The translations under genes were made by a program, and so were the position numbers. Source: Candidatus Zambryskiibacteriota bacterium (lineage in GTDB: Bacteria; Patescibacteriota; Minisyncoccia; Phycocordibacterales; WO2-35-19). Taken from it: DNA of 64,000 bases. Positions 48,009 through 60,100 of this stretch are shown here, piece by piece (within the stretch, counting starts at the first letter, position 1; each line of letters opens with the position of its first letter). The stretch spans positions 97,947-161,946 of the forward strand of contig CAWJAC010000006.1 in NCBI GenBank assembly GCA_963840745.1, in the 5' to 3' direction. The notes beneath the pieces were generated by a model. The model saw only the letters and a program-made list of their open reading frames with translations, ran no database searches and was not told the origin of the DNA.

Positions 48009-48734
48009 TTAATTCATCTTGGTAGAAGTGGCTTCTTTGGGGGTTGAACTTGCGGCTTGCTCCGCGGCTTTTTGGGCGTCGATGGCTTTGAGGTCAGGAA
48101 TGGCCGTTTTAACATCATCAATAGACTGGAAACCATAATGAACGGTGTCATCAATGAGAAGCGCCGGCAAGTTATATTTTATTTTATAGATTGATACAAT
48201 AGCTCCCACGGCAGAAAGATCTAAGTTGTAATCAAAAGAATAGACTCTAAGTTCCGGATAATCCTCCCGCAATTTGGTCAAAACGAAGCCTTCTTTTTGG
48301 CAATCGGAGCAATCACCTTTGTTGGAGTAGAAGTAAATTATAGAAAGAGTTTTTTTGCCGCATCTATCAAATATTTTTTGGGCTAAGAGATAATCTTTAA
48401 TCTCTAGAAGCGAATAATATTTTTTTAGATTGATGACTTCCGGATCATTGGTGCCTCGGCTTTGTTCGGTGTAGGAAAGTTTGTCGCCAAGATCGGAAAT
48501 CTCTTGGGCAAGAGAAGAACCACTAATGTCTTTGCATGAAAGTTCTGAGAGCAAAGAAAATTGAGTTTCTGAAGATGATATGTCAACTGATATTTGGCTT
48601 TCTATGTTTTGAATTTCATTTATTTTCTTTTGACTAAAATAATTACTGGCAAAAATAGCCGTAGTGAAAATAGCGGCTGTAATGAGAAAAGTATATGCGT
48701 ATTTTTTCCATTCCATATCTTTATCGCCACTCAT
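48009..48734 (-). CDS. Membrane-anchored thioredoxin-fold protein (CxxC)
   Basis: N-terminal TM helix and a CSDC motif in a Trx-like context (FYSNKGDCSDCQKEG). Ser/Thr/Ala-rich tail. Confidence 0.45.
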   Translation of the reverse strand: MSGDKDMEWKKYAYTFLITAAIFTTAIFASNYFSQKKINEIQNIESQISVDISSSETQFSLLSELSCKDISGSSLAQEISDLGDKLSYTEQSRGTNDPEVINLKKYYSLLEIKDYLLAQKIFDRCGKKTLSIIYFYSNKGDCSDCQKEGFVLTKLREDYPELRVYSFDYNLDLSAVGAIVSIYKIKYNLPALLIDDTVHYGFQSIDDVKTAIPDLKAIDAQKAAEQAASSTPKEATSTKMN

Positions 48735-49956
48735 TTTCTTTAGAAAAGACTACATTGTAAATGGCTTTGGTCATCCAAAGGGGAGCAAGCATGGCGTAAA
48801 ATAGCACAAAAAGGAGGCTATCTAGGCCGATTTTATTTTTCTCTTCTGCTAAATTTCTTGAAGTTATAATTATTAAAAGAGTTCCTAAAATTGCGACAAT
48901 AGAGACAAAAACAATTACATTTGTATCCACATAGAAAAAATCAAAATTAAAACCTCGCCAAGAGAGACCGACTGTGGAAATTTCTTTCATTTTAACAAGT
49001 AAAGAATTGACCCAATCAAAAACGGCAGCGCCGAAAAAGTATATGGTGGAAAAAACAGAGAGGCCGGCTGCCGGCAACACCACCATTCCCAAATTTCCAT
49101 ACTGTGGTTTGAAAAACATATCTCTATAATCGATGGCATTCTTAAGAAAACCATAAACCCAGCGCAAACGCTGCCTGTAAAGAGCTTTGATGCTGGTTGG
49201 AGCGATAGTATAGATAAAAGCATTATGAACATTGCTGATTTTCATATTATTTTTTTGCATACGCATAGCAATTTCCATATCCTCGGTATTATGGGCATGT
49301 TTGTATCCGCCTATTTTTTCAAAAACCGACCGGCGAAAAATTGAAAAAGGTCCCGGTGTTATATAAAGAGCATTTAAATAACAAAAAACTTTTCGCAGGA
49401 ATATACCAAATATGTATTCGGCTTTTTGAATAAGACCCAGTATACCTTTCGGCTCAAATATTTTGATGGAAGGAGTGACAGCCATAATTTCACTATCTTC
49501 AAATCGGACTACAATTCTCCTTAAAGCTTCAGGATGAACAAATGAGTCTGCATCAAGGCAGCCGACAAGTTCGGAATCCACGAATTCCAGAGCGTAATTT
49601 AAGGCTGTATGCTTGCCGCCATTTTCTTTTTTCAAAAGCTTTATTTGTTTGTTCTTGGTAAATCTTTGAATTATTTTCCAGGTATTGTCAGTGCTGCCAT
49701 CGTCCACAATAAAAATAGAAAGTTTGTCTTTGGGATAATTGAGCCTAAGAAGCGAAAAAATGGTCTTGAGCACCGTAGTTTCTTCATTCCAAACAGGTAC
49801 TATAATAGAGACACTTGGCCATTTGTTTAATGATGGCAGGATTGAAATTTTCCTCTCTTTTTCTTTAAATTCAAAGTAGGTGATTAGAAAAAACACCTCA
49901 AAATAGAGTGCAATAAAAAGGAAAATATAGGTAATAGTTTCCGAAACCAGATGCAT
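48721..49956 (-). CDS. Family 2 processive beta-glycosyltransferase (PgaC/cellulose/chitin-synthase-like)
   Basis: DDGSTD, DADS, TEDME and QRLRW (Q-x-x-R-W) motifs, with flanking TM helices. Confidence 0.8.
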   Translation of the reverse strand: MHLVSETITYIFLFIALYFEVFFLITYFEFKEKERKISILPSLNKWPSVSIIVPVWNEETTVLKTIFSLLRLNYPKDKLSIFIVDDGSTDNTWKIIQRFTKNKQIKLLKKENGGKHTALNYALEFVDSELVGCLDADSFVHPEALRRIVVRFEDSEIMAVTPSIKIFEPKGILGLIQKAEYIFGIFLRKVFCYLNALYITPGPFSIFRRSVFEKIGGYKHAHNTEDMEIAMRMQKNNMKISNVHNAFIYTIAPTSIKALYRQRLRWVYGFLKNAIDYRDMFFKPQYGNLGMVVLPAAGLSVFSTIYFFGAAVFDWVNSLLVKMKEISTVGLSWRGFNFDFFYVDTNVIVFVSIVAILGTLLIIITSRNLAEEKNKIGLDSLLFVLFYAMLAPLWMTKAIYNVVFSKENEWR

Positions 49957-49984
49957 GTTTAGATTGTAGTATACTTTTTAATAT

Positions 49985-51172
49985 TTAGCGAATTTTCGCT
50001 TCGTAAGCTTCGGCTGTTTTTTGCTCCAATTTTTTGTGCATTGTGTCAACCTCGGTGCTAGTTAAAGTCCCTTCAAGGGAGCGATAAACAATCCTGTAAG
50101 CATAACTTATTTTGTCTTTGCCAATTTTTGCTTCATTTTCATATTTATCAATCATTTTTACCTCCTCAACAATATCTTCCCCGATTGTTTCCCGGATCAA
50201 ATCAAAATAATTATTTGGTACGAAATCCTTGCCCACCACAAAGGAAATATCGCGGACTACGGGCGGATATTTACTGACTTCTTTGTATTTTTGGCCGAGT
50301 TTAAGCTGTTTTTTGACCCGAGCATCTTCTGACCAAAGAAGCCTTATATCGGGCAATTCCATGCTGATCAGGGCCAGTCTTTCAAGTCCAAAACCAAAGG
50401 CCCAGCCGTTATAAATATTTGAATCTACACCAAGATTATCCAAAACTTTGGCCTTGACCACACCACTGCCCAAAACTTCTACCCATTTGTCGTCTTTTTC
50501 AATTTCCATTTCCAAGCTTGGAGTTGTGAACGGAAAAGTGTCTTCGTTGAATTTATATTTCACATCTTTACCGAAGACCGCTCGAGCAATTTCAATCAAC
50601 ACATTTTGTAAATCTTCGGTAGTAATAATTTTTTCGTCTTTGCGACAAAGAAACCAACCATCAATTTGATGGAAAACATTCATATGGTGTCGATCTATTT
50701 CGTCTTTTCTATAAACTTTACCATAACTGAAACAACCAACACTTTCTCCTTTTTTTATTCTCTCTTTGATTTCTGGAAGCTCCGTGTAGTAATACCACAT
50801 TATGGTAGTGTGAGTGCGTAAAATATGCTCGTCATCCGTATAATAAGTATCTGATTTGCTTCTGGTGGGATGATCTTTTGGAAAATCAAATAAATCAAAA
50901 CTAATATCAGCCGGCACTATTTCAGGATTTTTAATGACATCAAGATTGGACATTTCCGGAATATTCAAAATTCTCTGGACAATTTCGTATATGGGGTTGC
51001 CGGGAGCACGCGACAAGTCTGGCATACTTAAATAGCGCTTCATGCGCATAGCATCGGCGTCTTCTCTTTTATCCAGACTTTTAATCAGGGCTTCTTCCTG
51101 CCCGGCCGGCACTTCGTATTGATTTCTTTGCATAACCTTCATTCTAAATAAAAACGTGCTAAAATTCAACAC
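49985..51172 (-). CDS. pheS: Monomeric (mitochondrial FARS2-like) phenylalanyl-tRNA synthetase: PheS catalytic core fused to an FDX-ACB anticodon-binding domain
   Basis: HPTRSKSDTYY, FHQIDG and GWAFGFGLERLA class II motifs. The C-terminus KYPPVVRDISFVV...YAYRIVYRSLEGTLTSTEV closely parallels the human FARS2 C-terminal domain. Confidence 0.8.
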   Translation of the reverse strand: MLNFSTFLFRMKVMQRNQYEVPAGQEEALIKSLDKREDADAMRMKRYLSMPDLSRAPGNPIYEIVQRILNIPEMSNLDVIKNPEIVPADISFDLFDFPKDHPTRSKSDTYYTDDEHILRTHTTIMWYYYTELPEIKERIKKGESVGCFSYGKVYRKDEIDRHHMNVFHQIDGWFLCRKDEKIITTEDLQNVLIEIARAVFGKDVKYKFNEDTFPFTTPSLEMEIEKDDKWVEVLGSGVVKAKVLDNLGVDSNIYNGWAFGFGLERLALISMELPDIRLLWSEDARVKKQLKLGQKYKEVSKYPPVVRDISFVVGKDFVPNNYFDLIRETIGEDIVEEVKMIDKYENEAKIGKDKISYAYRIVYRSLEGTLTSTEVDTMHKKLEQKTAEAYEAKIR

Positions 51173-51802
51173 ATGGATTCGACAAGCTCACCACAAGTGT
51201 ATAAAAAAGGCTTTTCTTCAGATGAATTCGAAGAATTAAAAGATTCCATTATTGAACAAGGTTTTGAATATAAAAAAGTGAAAGTGGAGGATGCTCTAAG
51301 AGAAACCATTCCTTTTTGTATGGATGCCGTTTATAAAAATCCGTCTTCTATGCGTACCGATGCTCCGCAAGCTTTCAGTTGTTCATCTCTTATAAGCTAT
51401 CTTTATGTGCAAGCCGGAGTTTGGATGCCATCGCTCTCTATTGATAAATATGTTTTTGGCACTCCCATATCAAAAGAGGAATTGAAATATGGTGATCTGA
51501 TTTTTTCAAACAGCGGTAACGGTCGTGTCAGATACGAAACAGTTGAATATTTGCCGGAAACCAAAGTACCCGACGGTGTTGATCATGTCGGTATGTATTT
51601 GGGAAAAAACAAAGTAATTCACGCCACAAAAAAACACGAAAAAGTAGTAATAGAAACTCTGGATGATTTTAGAAACACTTCAAAAATAGTGGGATATAGA
51701 AGAGTGGCTGATATTGACGAGGAAAGATATGTGGTATCCATGCCAGACGACAGAGTTGATTTGTTAAAAAAGAGTAGCAAAGCGCTTGTAAATTTGCTAT
51801 AA
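51173..51802 (+). CDS. NlpC/P60 (C40) family peptidase
   Basis: Catalytic Cys context FSCSSLISYLY, then GDLIFS and HVGMYLGKNKVIHA. Confidence 0.75.
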   Translation: MDSTSSPQVYKKGFSSDEFEELKDSIIEQGFEYKKVKVEDALRETIPFCMDAVYKNPSSMRTDAPQAFSCSSLISYLYVQAGVWMPSLSIDKYVFGTPISKEELKYGDLIFSNSGNGRVRYETVEYLPETKVPDGVDHVGMYLGKNKVIHATKKHEKVVIETLDDFRNTSKIVGYRRVADIDEERYVVSMPDDRVDLLKKSSKALVNLL

Positions 51803-51812
51803 TGAAAGGGTA

Positions 51813-53873
51813 ATGGCAAAAGAAATTAAGGTTAAAAAGAGCAGTTATAGCGCCGAAAACATTACTGTTTTGGAGGGGCTAGAGCCGGTGCGCCGAAGGC
51901 CGGGGATGTACATTGGCACCACCGGTCCGGATGGTTTGCATCATTTGGTAGTGGAAATTTTTGACAATTCCCGTGATGAAGCGATGGGTGGTTTTGCGAA
52001 TGATATTGAAGTAGCCTTCCTTCCTGGCAATCGCGTTAGGGTAGTTGATAATGGTCGCGGCATTCCCGTTGATATTCATAAACAGACAAAAGTTTCAGCC
52101 CTTGAGACAATTATGACCACTCTCCATGCTGGAGGAAAATTTGGAGGAGAGGGTTACAAAATTTCCGGTGGTTTGCACGGAGTGGGAGCTTCGGTAGTAA
52201 ATGCTCTCTCTGTTTATATGCGCGCAGAAGTTCATAAAGATGGAGGAATTTATGTCCAAGAATACTCAAAAGGTAAAAAGAAAGCGTCTGTAAAAAAAGT
52301 CGGCTCTTCAAAATTGCACGGTACCATCATCACTTTTGAGCCGGATCCGGAAATATTTAAAGAAGGAGTAAATTTTGATTTTGAAAGAGTAGTCTATCAT
52401 ATGCGTCAGCAGGCTTATTTGGTCAAAGGTCTCAAAATATCCGTTTTGGATTTCAGAGAAACCAAAGAAAAAATAAAAGATACCGAAACTTTTTATATGA
52501 GGGATTTGGGATTGGAGGCTCCGTCAATGACATTCTACTTTGACGGCGGGCTGGTTTCTTTAATACGATTTTATAATCACAACTCAGAAACCGATCCATA
52601 AAAATATTTTTTATGTTGAAAAGACAAACGAAAATTTTGAAGGCGTAGAAGTGGCTCTGCAGTATGTGGATGATATTTCGGCGCGCATTATGCCCTTCGC
52701 CAACAATATTTATACCAGTGAGGGCGGCACCCACACTACCGGCTTCAAGACGGCTCTAACTAGAACTTTAAATAATTATGCCAAGAAAAACAATCTTGCT
52801 AAAAACGGAGATGATGTTTTTACAGGAGATGATGTCTTGGAAGGATTGACTGCTGTCATTTCAATCAAGCTGCGAGAAGTGCAATTTGAAGGCCAAACCA
52901 AAGCCAAACTCGGCAGTGTGGAAGCTCGCGGTATGGTAGAGAGTATTTTTGGAGAAGCTTTTGACGCATTCTTAGAAGAAAATCCCGACGACGCCAGAGC
53001 GATTATTAATAAAGTTGTTTTGGCTCTGCGCGCACGCAAGGCGGCTAAAGCAGCCAAAGATTCAATTTTGAGAAAAGGAGCTTTGGAAGGTATGACACTT
53101 CCGGGCAAACTAGCCGATTGTCAGAGCAAATCAGCAGAGGAATCCGAGCTCTTCATTGTGGAGGGAGACTCGGCCGGAGGCACTGCCAAAACAGGCCGAG
53201 ATAGGAAGAATCAGGCTATATTGCCTTTGCGCGGCAAGATTTTAAATATTGAAAGAGCGCGACTTGACCGTATGCTCGGTTCGGAACAAATTAAAAATTT
53301 GGTGGTGGCTCTTGGCACAGCCATAGGAGATACTTTTGATTTGTCTAAATTCGTTATCATAAAATAATTATAGCTACCGATGCCGACGTGGACGGCGCTC
53401 ATATTCGTACTCTCATTCTGACTTTGTTTTATCGATATTTCAGGCCGATTATTGATGGGGGATTTATTTATATCGCTCAGCCGCCTCTTTATAAAATTAA
53501 AAAGGGTAAAGAAGTACATTATGCTTACAGTGATGATGAGAAGGCTAGAATTATTGGGCGTTCCAGTGCCGAGGTTGACGAGATTGAACTTCCCGCTGCC
53601 GAAGTTGATCGTTCCGCTGCCGATGTTGACGAGTCTGAAAGCACTTCCAAAACTCCTAAAGTTTTAGTCCAGCGCTACAAAGGTCTCGGAGAAATGAATG
53701 CCGAAGAACTTTGGGAGACCACTATGGATCCAAAGAGACGCATCTTAAAACAAATAGCAGTTGAAGACGCTCAGGAAGCCGACCGCATTTTTGATGTGCT
53801 CATGGGCTCCGACGTCCCCGCTCGCAAATCTTTCATCCAGTCCAACGCTAAGCTGGCAACTATTGATATTTAA
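51813..53873 (+). CDS. gyrB: DNA gyrase subunit B (two apparent frameshifts, about 52586-52590 and 53347-53353)
   Basis: GHKL ATPase motifs ([22 protein letters not shown]) and Toprim ([17 protein letters not shown]). Three collinear ORFs. Confidence 0.95.
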
Positions 53874-53879
53874 AAAAAT

Positions 53880-54227
53880 ATGAAAGAAAGATTCGGACCA
53901 TGTGTAGATAAAAATTGTTCAACTTGTTGTGATCCAGTTAAAGTTGCAAGATTTTTTCCAAAAGAAAAAATTCCGAAAGATGCAGATGGTAATGATTTGT
54001 GGCAAAAAAGAGAAGAATTGTTAATTCCACAGGATCAACCTGAAGAAACAAAATTAGAAACTTATGATTGCAAAAACTTTAATCCAAAAAGTGGACTGTG
54101 CAAAGACTATGAAAATAGACCGGATATTTGTCGAAAAGCCGGATGTATAGATAAAGACTCAGCAGAATCAGAAGAATATCAATTTAAAAAATTAAGTGAG
54201 CAGAAATTTATAAAGATAACGCCGTAA
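53880..54227 (+). CDS. YkgJ-family Cys-cluster (CxxCxxCC-type) protein
   Basis: C-x4-C-x2-CC (CVDKNCSTCCDPV) plus a second Cys cluster (CKNF..CKDY..CRKAGC). Confidence 0.6.
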   Translation: MKERFGPCVDKNCSTCCDPVKVARFFPKEKIPKDADGNDLWQKREELLIPQDQPEETKLETYDCKNFNPKSGLCKDYENRPDICRKAGCIDKDSAESEEYQFKKLSEQKFIKITP

Positions 54228-54236
54228 AAATTTGGC

Positions 54237-55327
54237 ATGAAAAAGAAAATTAAAGTAGGCATTCTCTTTGGGGGCAAATCAGCTGAACACGAGGTATCTT
54301 TGCAGTCGGCAAAAAATGTAGTTGACGCCATTGATAAAGACAAGTATGAAGTTGCTCTTATAGGAATAGATAAAACGGGTAAATGGCTACTTCCAAATAA
54401 ATCCCAATTTTTGCTTAATGCAAATGACCCAAAACTGATTAAATTAAACAAAGCAAGCGAGGAAAGCGTTGCCCTTGTCCCACAAAGCGGTGGTGAATTA
54501 ACTAATCTATCAAACCAAAACTCAAATTATTCCGTAGATGTCGTTTTTCCAATACTACACGGTCCGTTTGGAGAGGACGGCACAGTTCAGGGGCTACTAA
54601 AATTGGCGGGAGTTCCTTTTGTTGGGGCAAGTATCCTTGGCTTGCGATTGGAATGGATAAAGATGTGATGAAAAGATTGCTACGAGATGCTAATATTCCT
54701 ATTGCTGATTTTCTCGCTTTCAAACGGAAAGACAAGATTAATTTTGAAGAAATATCAAAAAAATTAGGACTTCCGTTTTTTGTTAAGCCAGCTAATCTTG
54801 GTTCTTCCATTGGAATTAACAAGGTGAAAAACAAAAAAGATTTTCCAAAAGCTGTAAAAGAAGCATTTCAATATGATACAAAGATTATCATTGAAGAATA
54901 TATTCTCGGCAGAGAGCTTGAATGTTCTGTGCTGGGCAATCAAAACCCGGTTGCTTCTGCTGTAGGAGAAGTGATACCACATCAAGAGTTTTATTCTTAT
55001 GAAGCAAAATACATAGACGAAAATGGTGCTACCCTCGAAATACCTGCCAAAATAAATTCCAAAACTGTTAAAGGTGTTCAGGAACTAGCAATAAAGACAT
55101 TCAAAACTCTTTCTTGTGAAGGATTAGGTAGAGTAGATTTCTTTTTGAAAGATAACGGAAAATTGATTGTAAATGAAATAAATACAATTCCCGGATTTAC
55201 AAAAATCAGTATGTATCCTCGCCTTTGGGGAGCCAGTGGTATTTCCTATACAGAACTCATAAATCGTTTAATTGAACTCGCGATTGAGCGTTTTAAGCGA
55301 GAACAAAAAATCAAAACTTCTTATTAG
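54237..55327 (+). CDS. ddl: D-alanine--D-alanine ligase (apparent frameshift about 54638-54646)
   Basis: GGKSAEHEVSLQSA, ATP-grasp motifs GSSIGI and EINTIPGFT. Two collinear ORFs. Confidence 0.9.
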
Positions 55328-55340
55328 TAAAGATAAATTA

Positions 55341-57094
55341 TTATTTCTTTTCTTTGATTTCTTTTTGGAGGAGATCCAAGAATTTTTCTGCTGGCATTGA
55401 GCCGAGTTTTTTACCTTCACCATCACCGCGCACTTCAACTGTGACTTCTTTTGATTCAACCTCTTTATCACCAAGCACTATCCAGTAAGGAATCTTTTCA
55501 TTTTTGGCAGCACGGACTTTTTTGCCTAAATTTTCATCCTCCAAATCAACTTCAGCTCTGATGCCATTTTCTTTCAGCAAATCATAAACTTCTTGTGCAT
55601 AAGCATTGTGAGATTCCGCACCGGTATCACTTTAACCTGCATGGGCGAGAGCCAAAGAGGAAAGTTGCCGGCGTAGTGTTCAATAAGTATTCCCATAAAT
55701 CTTTCAAATGAACCAAAAATGGCAACATGCAAAACAACAACCCGGTGTTTTTTACCGTCTTCACCGGTGTAATCCATATCAAAATTTTCCGGCTGATTAA
55801 AGTCCAGTTGTATAGTAGTCAGTTGCCATTCTCGGCCAATTGAATCTTTCACTTTTATATCTATTTTGGGTCCGTAAAACGCTGCTTCACCTTCTTCAAT
55901 ACTATAGGCTACACTCCATTTTTTAACTTGCTCAATTAAAATTTGCTCAGCTTTTTGCCAAACATCATCGGCCCCAAAATATTTTTCTTTATTTTTTGGA
56001 TCTCTTATCGAAACTTCTACTTTATAGTCATTGAAGCCAAAAATTTTATAAACTTTCTGCATTAACCCTAAAATCATTTCAATTTCGGATTCGATTTGAT
56101 CCCCACGAATAATGTGATGGGTATCATCTTGGCATAAACCTTTAACTCGCAGTAGTCCGGACAATTCTCCACTTTTTTCGTTTCTATAGACTGTTGTGTT
56201 CTCGGCTATGCGCAAAGGCAAATCACGATAACTGTGTGGCTCCGCGTTGTAAATTTCAAAATGATGCGGACAATTCATAGCTTTTAATACAAATTCTTCA
56301 CCATTGTCATCTTTCATAATCGGCATCATGGCGTCGTATTTACCCAAGTGGCCACTACGAATGTAGAGTTCTTTCCTGGCAATGTGGGGAATTGTTACAA
56401 AAGAATATCCAAGTTTTTCTTTTTCAGAACGGATGAAATTTTCCAATTCGGTCCGGATTATGTTGCCTTTTGGTAAATACATAGGTAAACCTTTGCCGAC
56501 TAATTCGGAAATAGTGAATAATTTCATTTCCTTGCCTAATTTTTTGTGGTCACGCTTTTCGGCCTCTTCTTTCATGTGCAGATATTCATCCAATTTTTCT
56601 TTTGATTCAAACGCCAAACCATAAATGCGGGTCAGCATTTTATTTTTCTCGTCTCCGCGCCAATAAGCGCCGGCGATTCTCTCAAGCTTCCAAGAATCTT
56701 TTGGAATTTCATCAGCGTCTGAGACGTGGCCACCAACACAAAGATCTGTGAACTCTCCGGAAGTATAAAAAGAAATATTTTGACCATCTTTTTCTAAATC
56801 TTTTATAAGTTCAAGTTTATATTCGTTTTTTTCAAAAAACTTTTTGGCTTCTTCTGTGCTCACTTCCTTGCCTTCAAATTTTACCCAAGTTTTCAAAACC
56901 TGCCTCATCTTATTTTCAATCTTTTCCAGATCATTTTCTGAAATAGGGGATGAAAAATCAAAATCATAATAAAATCCGTTATCAATGACCGGCCCGATGG
57001 TTGGCTTGGCATCCGGATACAGCTCCAGTACCGCAGCCGCCAGTAAATGCGCCAACGAATGCCTAACCTTCTCAATTTTTTCCTCTTTTGACAT
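55341..57094 (-). CDS. thrS: Threonyl-tRNA synthetase lacking the N-terminal TGS domain (apparent frameshift about 55616-55624)
   Basis: Starts at the editing-domain HSLAHLLA motif. Class II core (FRNE-like VYRNEKSGELSGLLRVKG). The anticodon-binding domain is split off by a 1-nt shift. Confidence 0.9.
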
Positions 57095-57103
57095 AAATAA
57101 ATA

Positions 57104-60100
57104 TTACAACTTCTTGGCTTTTTCGGCAATGAGAGTTTTTTCGCCATTGCGCAGGGAGACGCGGGCTTTGATGGCAATACATTGGTCGGGAACAAAGACG
57201 GAAGAAAATTCCTGCAGAACGCGGGGAAAACGACAAGTTCGATTTCGTCAGTCAAGTCAACAAATTTAATGAAAAACATTTTGTCTCCGTTTTTGGTCAA
57301 AATGTCTCGCATATTTTCGATGAGTCCGCCAACTATCACCACTTCGTTCTCTTTAGACTTTTCTTTTATATTTTTTATACTATTTTTTTGACTCCCTAAT
57401 TTGTCTTTAAATTGATCCAGTGGGTGGCCGGAGATGTACAAGCCTAAAAGTTCTTTTTCCCAAGCTAGCCGTTCGGCCACAGTAGCAGGATTTGATGGTA
57501 TTAAGTGCAAAGGCGAATATCCGGTTGTGGCAGCAAAAAGCGAACTTTGGTCCAGATTGGCCGCCGATTCTTTGCTGTATTCCAAAAGGATATCGGTGTT
57601 GGAAAGCAAAAGACCTCTTTCGCCAAAATTGTCAAAAGCGCCGGCTTTAACCAAAGCTTCCAGAGATTTTTTATTCAAATTTCTGTCTTGAATTCTAGTT
57701 AAAAAATCTTCAAGCGATTTAAACTTTCCTTTTTCTTTTCTTTCAGCAGTAATGATGTGGGAAATGCCTTCTCCAAAATTTTTGATGGTAGTTAGTCCAA
57801 ACCTAATAGTCTCGCCTTCATTTTTTATTTCTGATTCATTTTTCTTAACCAGAGTAAAATCAGAAAAACTTTCATTGATATCAGGTGGCAAAATTTCAAT
57901 ACCCATGCGCTTGCATTCGGTAATAGAAGTTGCCACTTTTTCGGTATCTCCCGATTCGGCTGAAAGTACTGCTCTCATGTATTCTCCGGGAAAATTAGCT
58001 TTGAGATACGCAGTCTCATAAGCCACTCGACCGTAAGAGACGGAATGGGCCTTGTTAAATCCGTAAGCGGCAAAAGGTTCTATCCAACTCCAAATTTGCT
58101 TGGCCTTTTTCTCGCTCCAGCTAGAATGTTCCATACATCCTTTGATAAATTTTTCTCTTTGCTTTTCCATTTCTTCCGGAATCTTTTTACCGACCGCTTT
58201 ACGGAATTTATCGACTTCGCCCCAAGTATAGCCAGCCAATTTGTTGGCCATCATAAGCAAGTCGTCTTGATAAACCAAAATACCGTAAGTTTTTTCAAGT
58301 ATGGGCTCCAGAGCCGGATCAAGATAAGTGATCTTTTTGGGGTCATGTTTGCGAGCAATATAATCGGGAATAAATTGCATCGGTCCTGGACGGTAAAGGG
58401 CCACCATAGCATTTATGTCATGGATGGCTGTGGGCTTGAGTTCCACCAAAAATCTGGTCATACCGTCACCGTTGAGCTGAAATAGGTCTTCAGTTTCGCC
58501 TCGAGCCAACATCTCAAAAGTTTTTTTATCGTTAATGGGCATTTTGTCCAAATCTATCTCTACTCCTTTGGTTTTTTTAATAAGTTCAAGAGTAGCCGCA
58601 ATAATAGAAAGGTTTTTAAGCCCCAAAAAATCAAACTTCAAAAGTCCGGCGGCATTTTCATCAATACTATACATATCGTACTGAGTGATTATTTTTCCCT
58701 CGCCTTTGGGATCGTATTGAAGGGGAGTGAAGTCGGTCAAATCAGTCGGGCTAATGACCACGCCAGCTGCATGGACACCAATATGGCGCGCGCAGCCTTC
58801 TATTTTTTTTGCCATATCTATAATTTTTTTTGAATCCGGATCTTTTTTATAGAGTTCCGTAAGCTCCGGCACTTCATTTAAGGCACGATCAATGGTCATA
58901 GGGAAACCTTGCTGACCCATGGGTATGAGTTTGGCTATCCTGTCTCCGATTGTATAAGCGAAACCGAGCGCCCGAGCCGTATCGCGCACAGACCCTCGAG
59001 CCATCATTGTGCCGAATGTTCCTATCTGGGCAACTTTATCTTCGCCATATTTATGTTTTACATATTCAACCATTTCGTCACGCCTATCGTCAGCAAAGTC
59101 CATATCAATATCTGGAGCAGAAGGCCGATCTGGATTTAAAAATCTTTCAAAAGGTATTTCGTACTCAAGCGGATTTATATTTGTAATGTGAGCGGCATAA
59201 GTTGCAAGAGAACCGGAAACCGAGCCTCTGATATTAGTTAAAATACCATGCTCGTGAGCATAATTCATAAGATCAGCCACTACCAAAAAGTAAGGTGAAT
59301 AGCCTTTCGTTTTTATAACATTAAGCTCATATTCTAATCTCTCTATCACTTCCTTGCTTTTAGGAAGCCCGCGATCTTCCAATCCATCATAAGCAAGATC
59401 GTGTAATTCATCATCATAACTTTTTCCTGACTCGACTTTAATGTCAGGAAAAGACCATTTACCAAGTTCCAGTTCAAGATTGCAGAGAGCGGTTATTTTG
59501 TGATTATTAAAAATAGCTTCTGGATAATTTACAAATCTCTCCTTAACCTCTGCTTCGGAAATAAAAGAAAAGTCTTCATCTTCATTATTCCAAGCTCCTC
59601 TTTCTGCCCCGATGGCCATCGGGGCACCTTGGCTTACAGCCATAAGAGTATCTTTAGCTTCTTTATCTTCTGGTGCAATGTAATAAACATCATGACAGGC
59701 CACAATAGGCAGCTCTTTTTCTTTGGCAAACTCGGTCAATGTATTCATGTGTTCGTTATGGCCGATAAGCTCCGGATGCATAGTGATTTCAATATAAAAA
59801 TCGCCACCATCATCATTTGAAAAAATTTTCTTATACTTTTGCACTAATTCATTGGCCAGCTCAATATTTTTATTCCTAAGAGCAGTAGAAATATCTCCGC
59901 TCCAAGATGAAGAAATGCAAATGAGCCCTTCTTTATATTTTTCCAAAAGTTCAAAATCAATGCGAGGTTTGTAATAAAATCCTTCTAAATAGGATGCCGT
60001 CACCAGCTTCATTAGATTTTTATATCCAATCTCATTTTTGCAAAGCAAAATTAATCTGAACCTGTCTTTATCAACACCGGCCTGCTTATCAAAACGGGTG

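Noticed and set aside
56905-57094. Apparent 190-nt overlap of the dnaE ORF with the thrS coding region.
   Set aside because: It is an artefact of the frameshift at about 57220-57230. In the corrected frame DnaE ends with a typical ...RNGEKTLIAEKAKKL C-terminus at a TAA (57104-57106), 10 nt before the thrS start.
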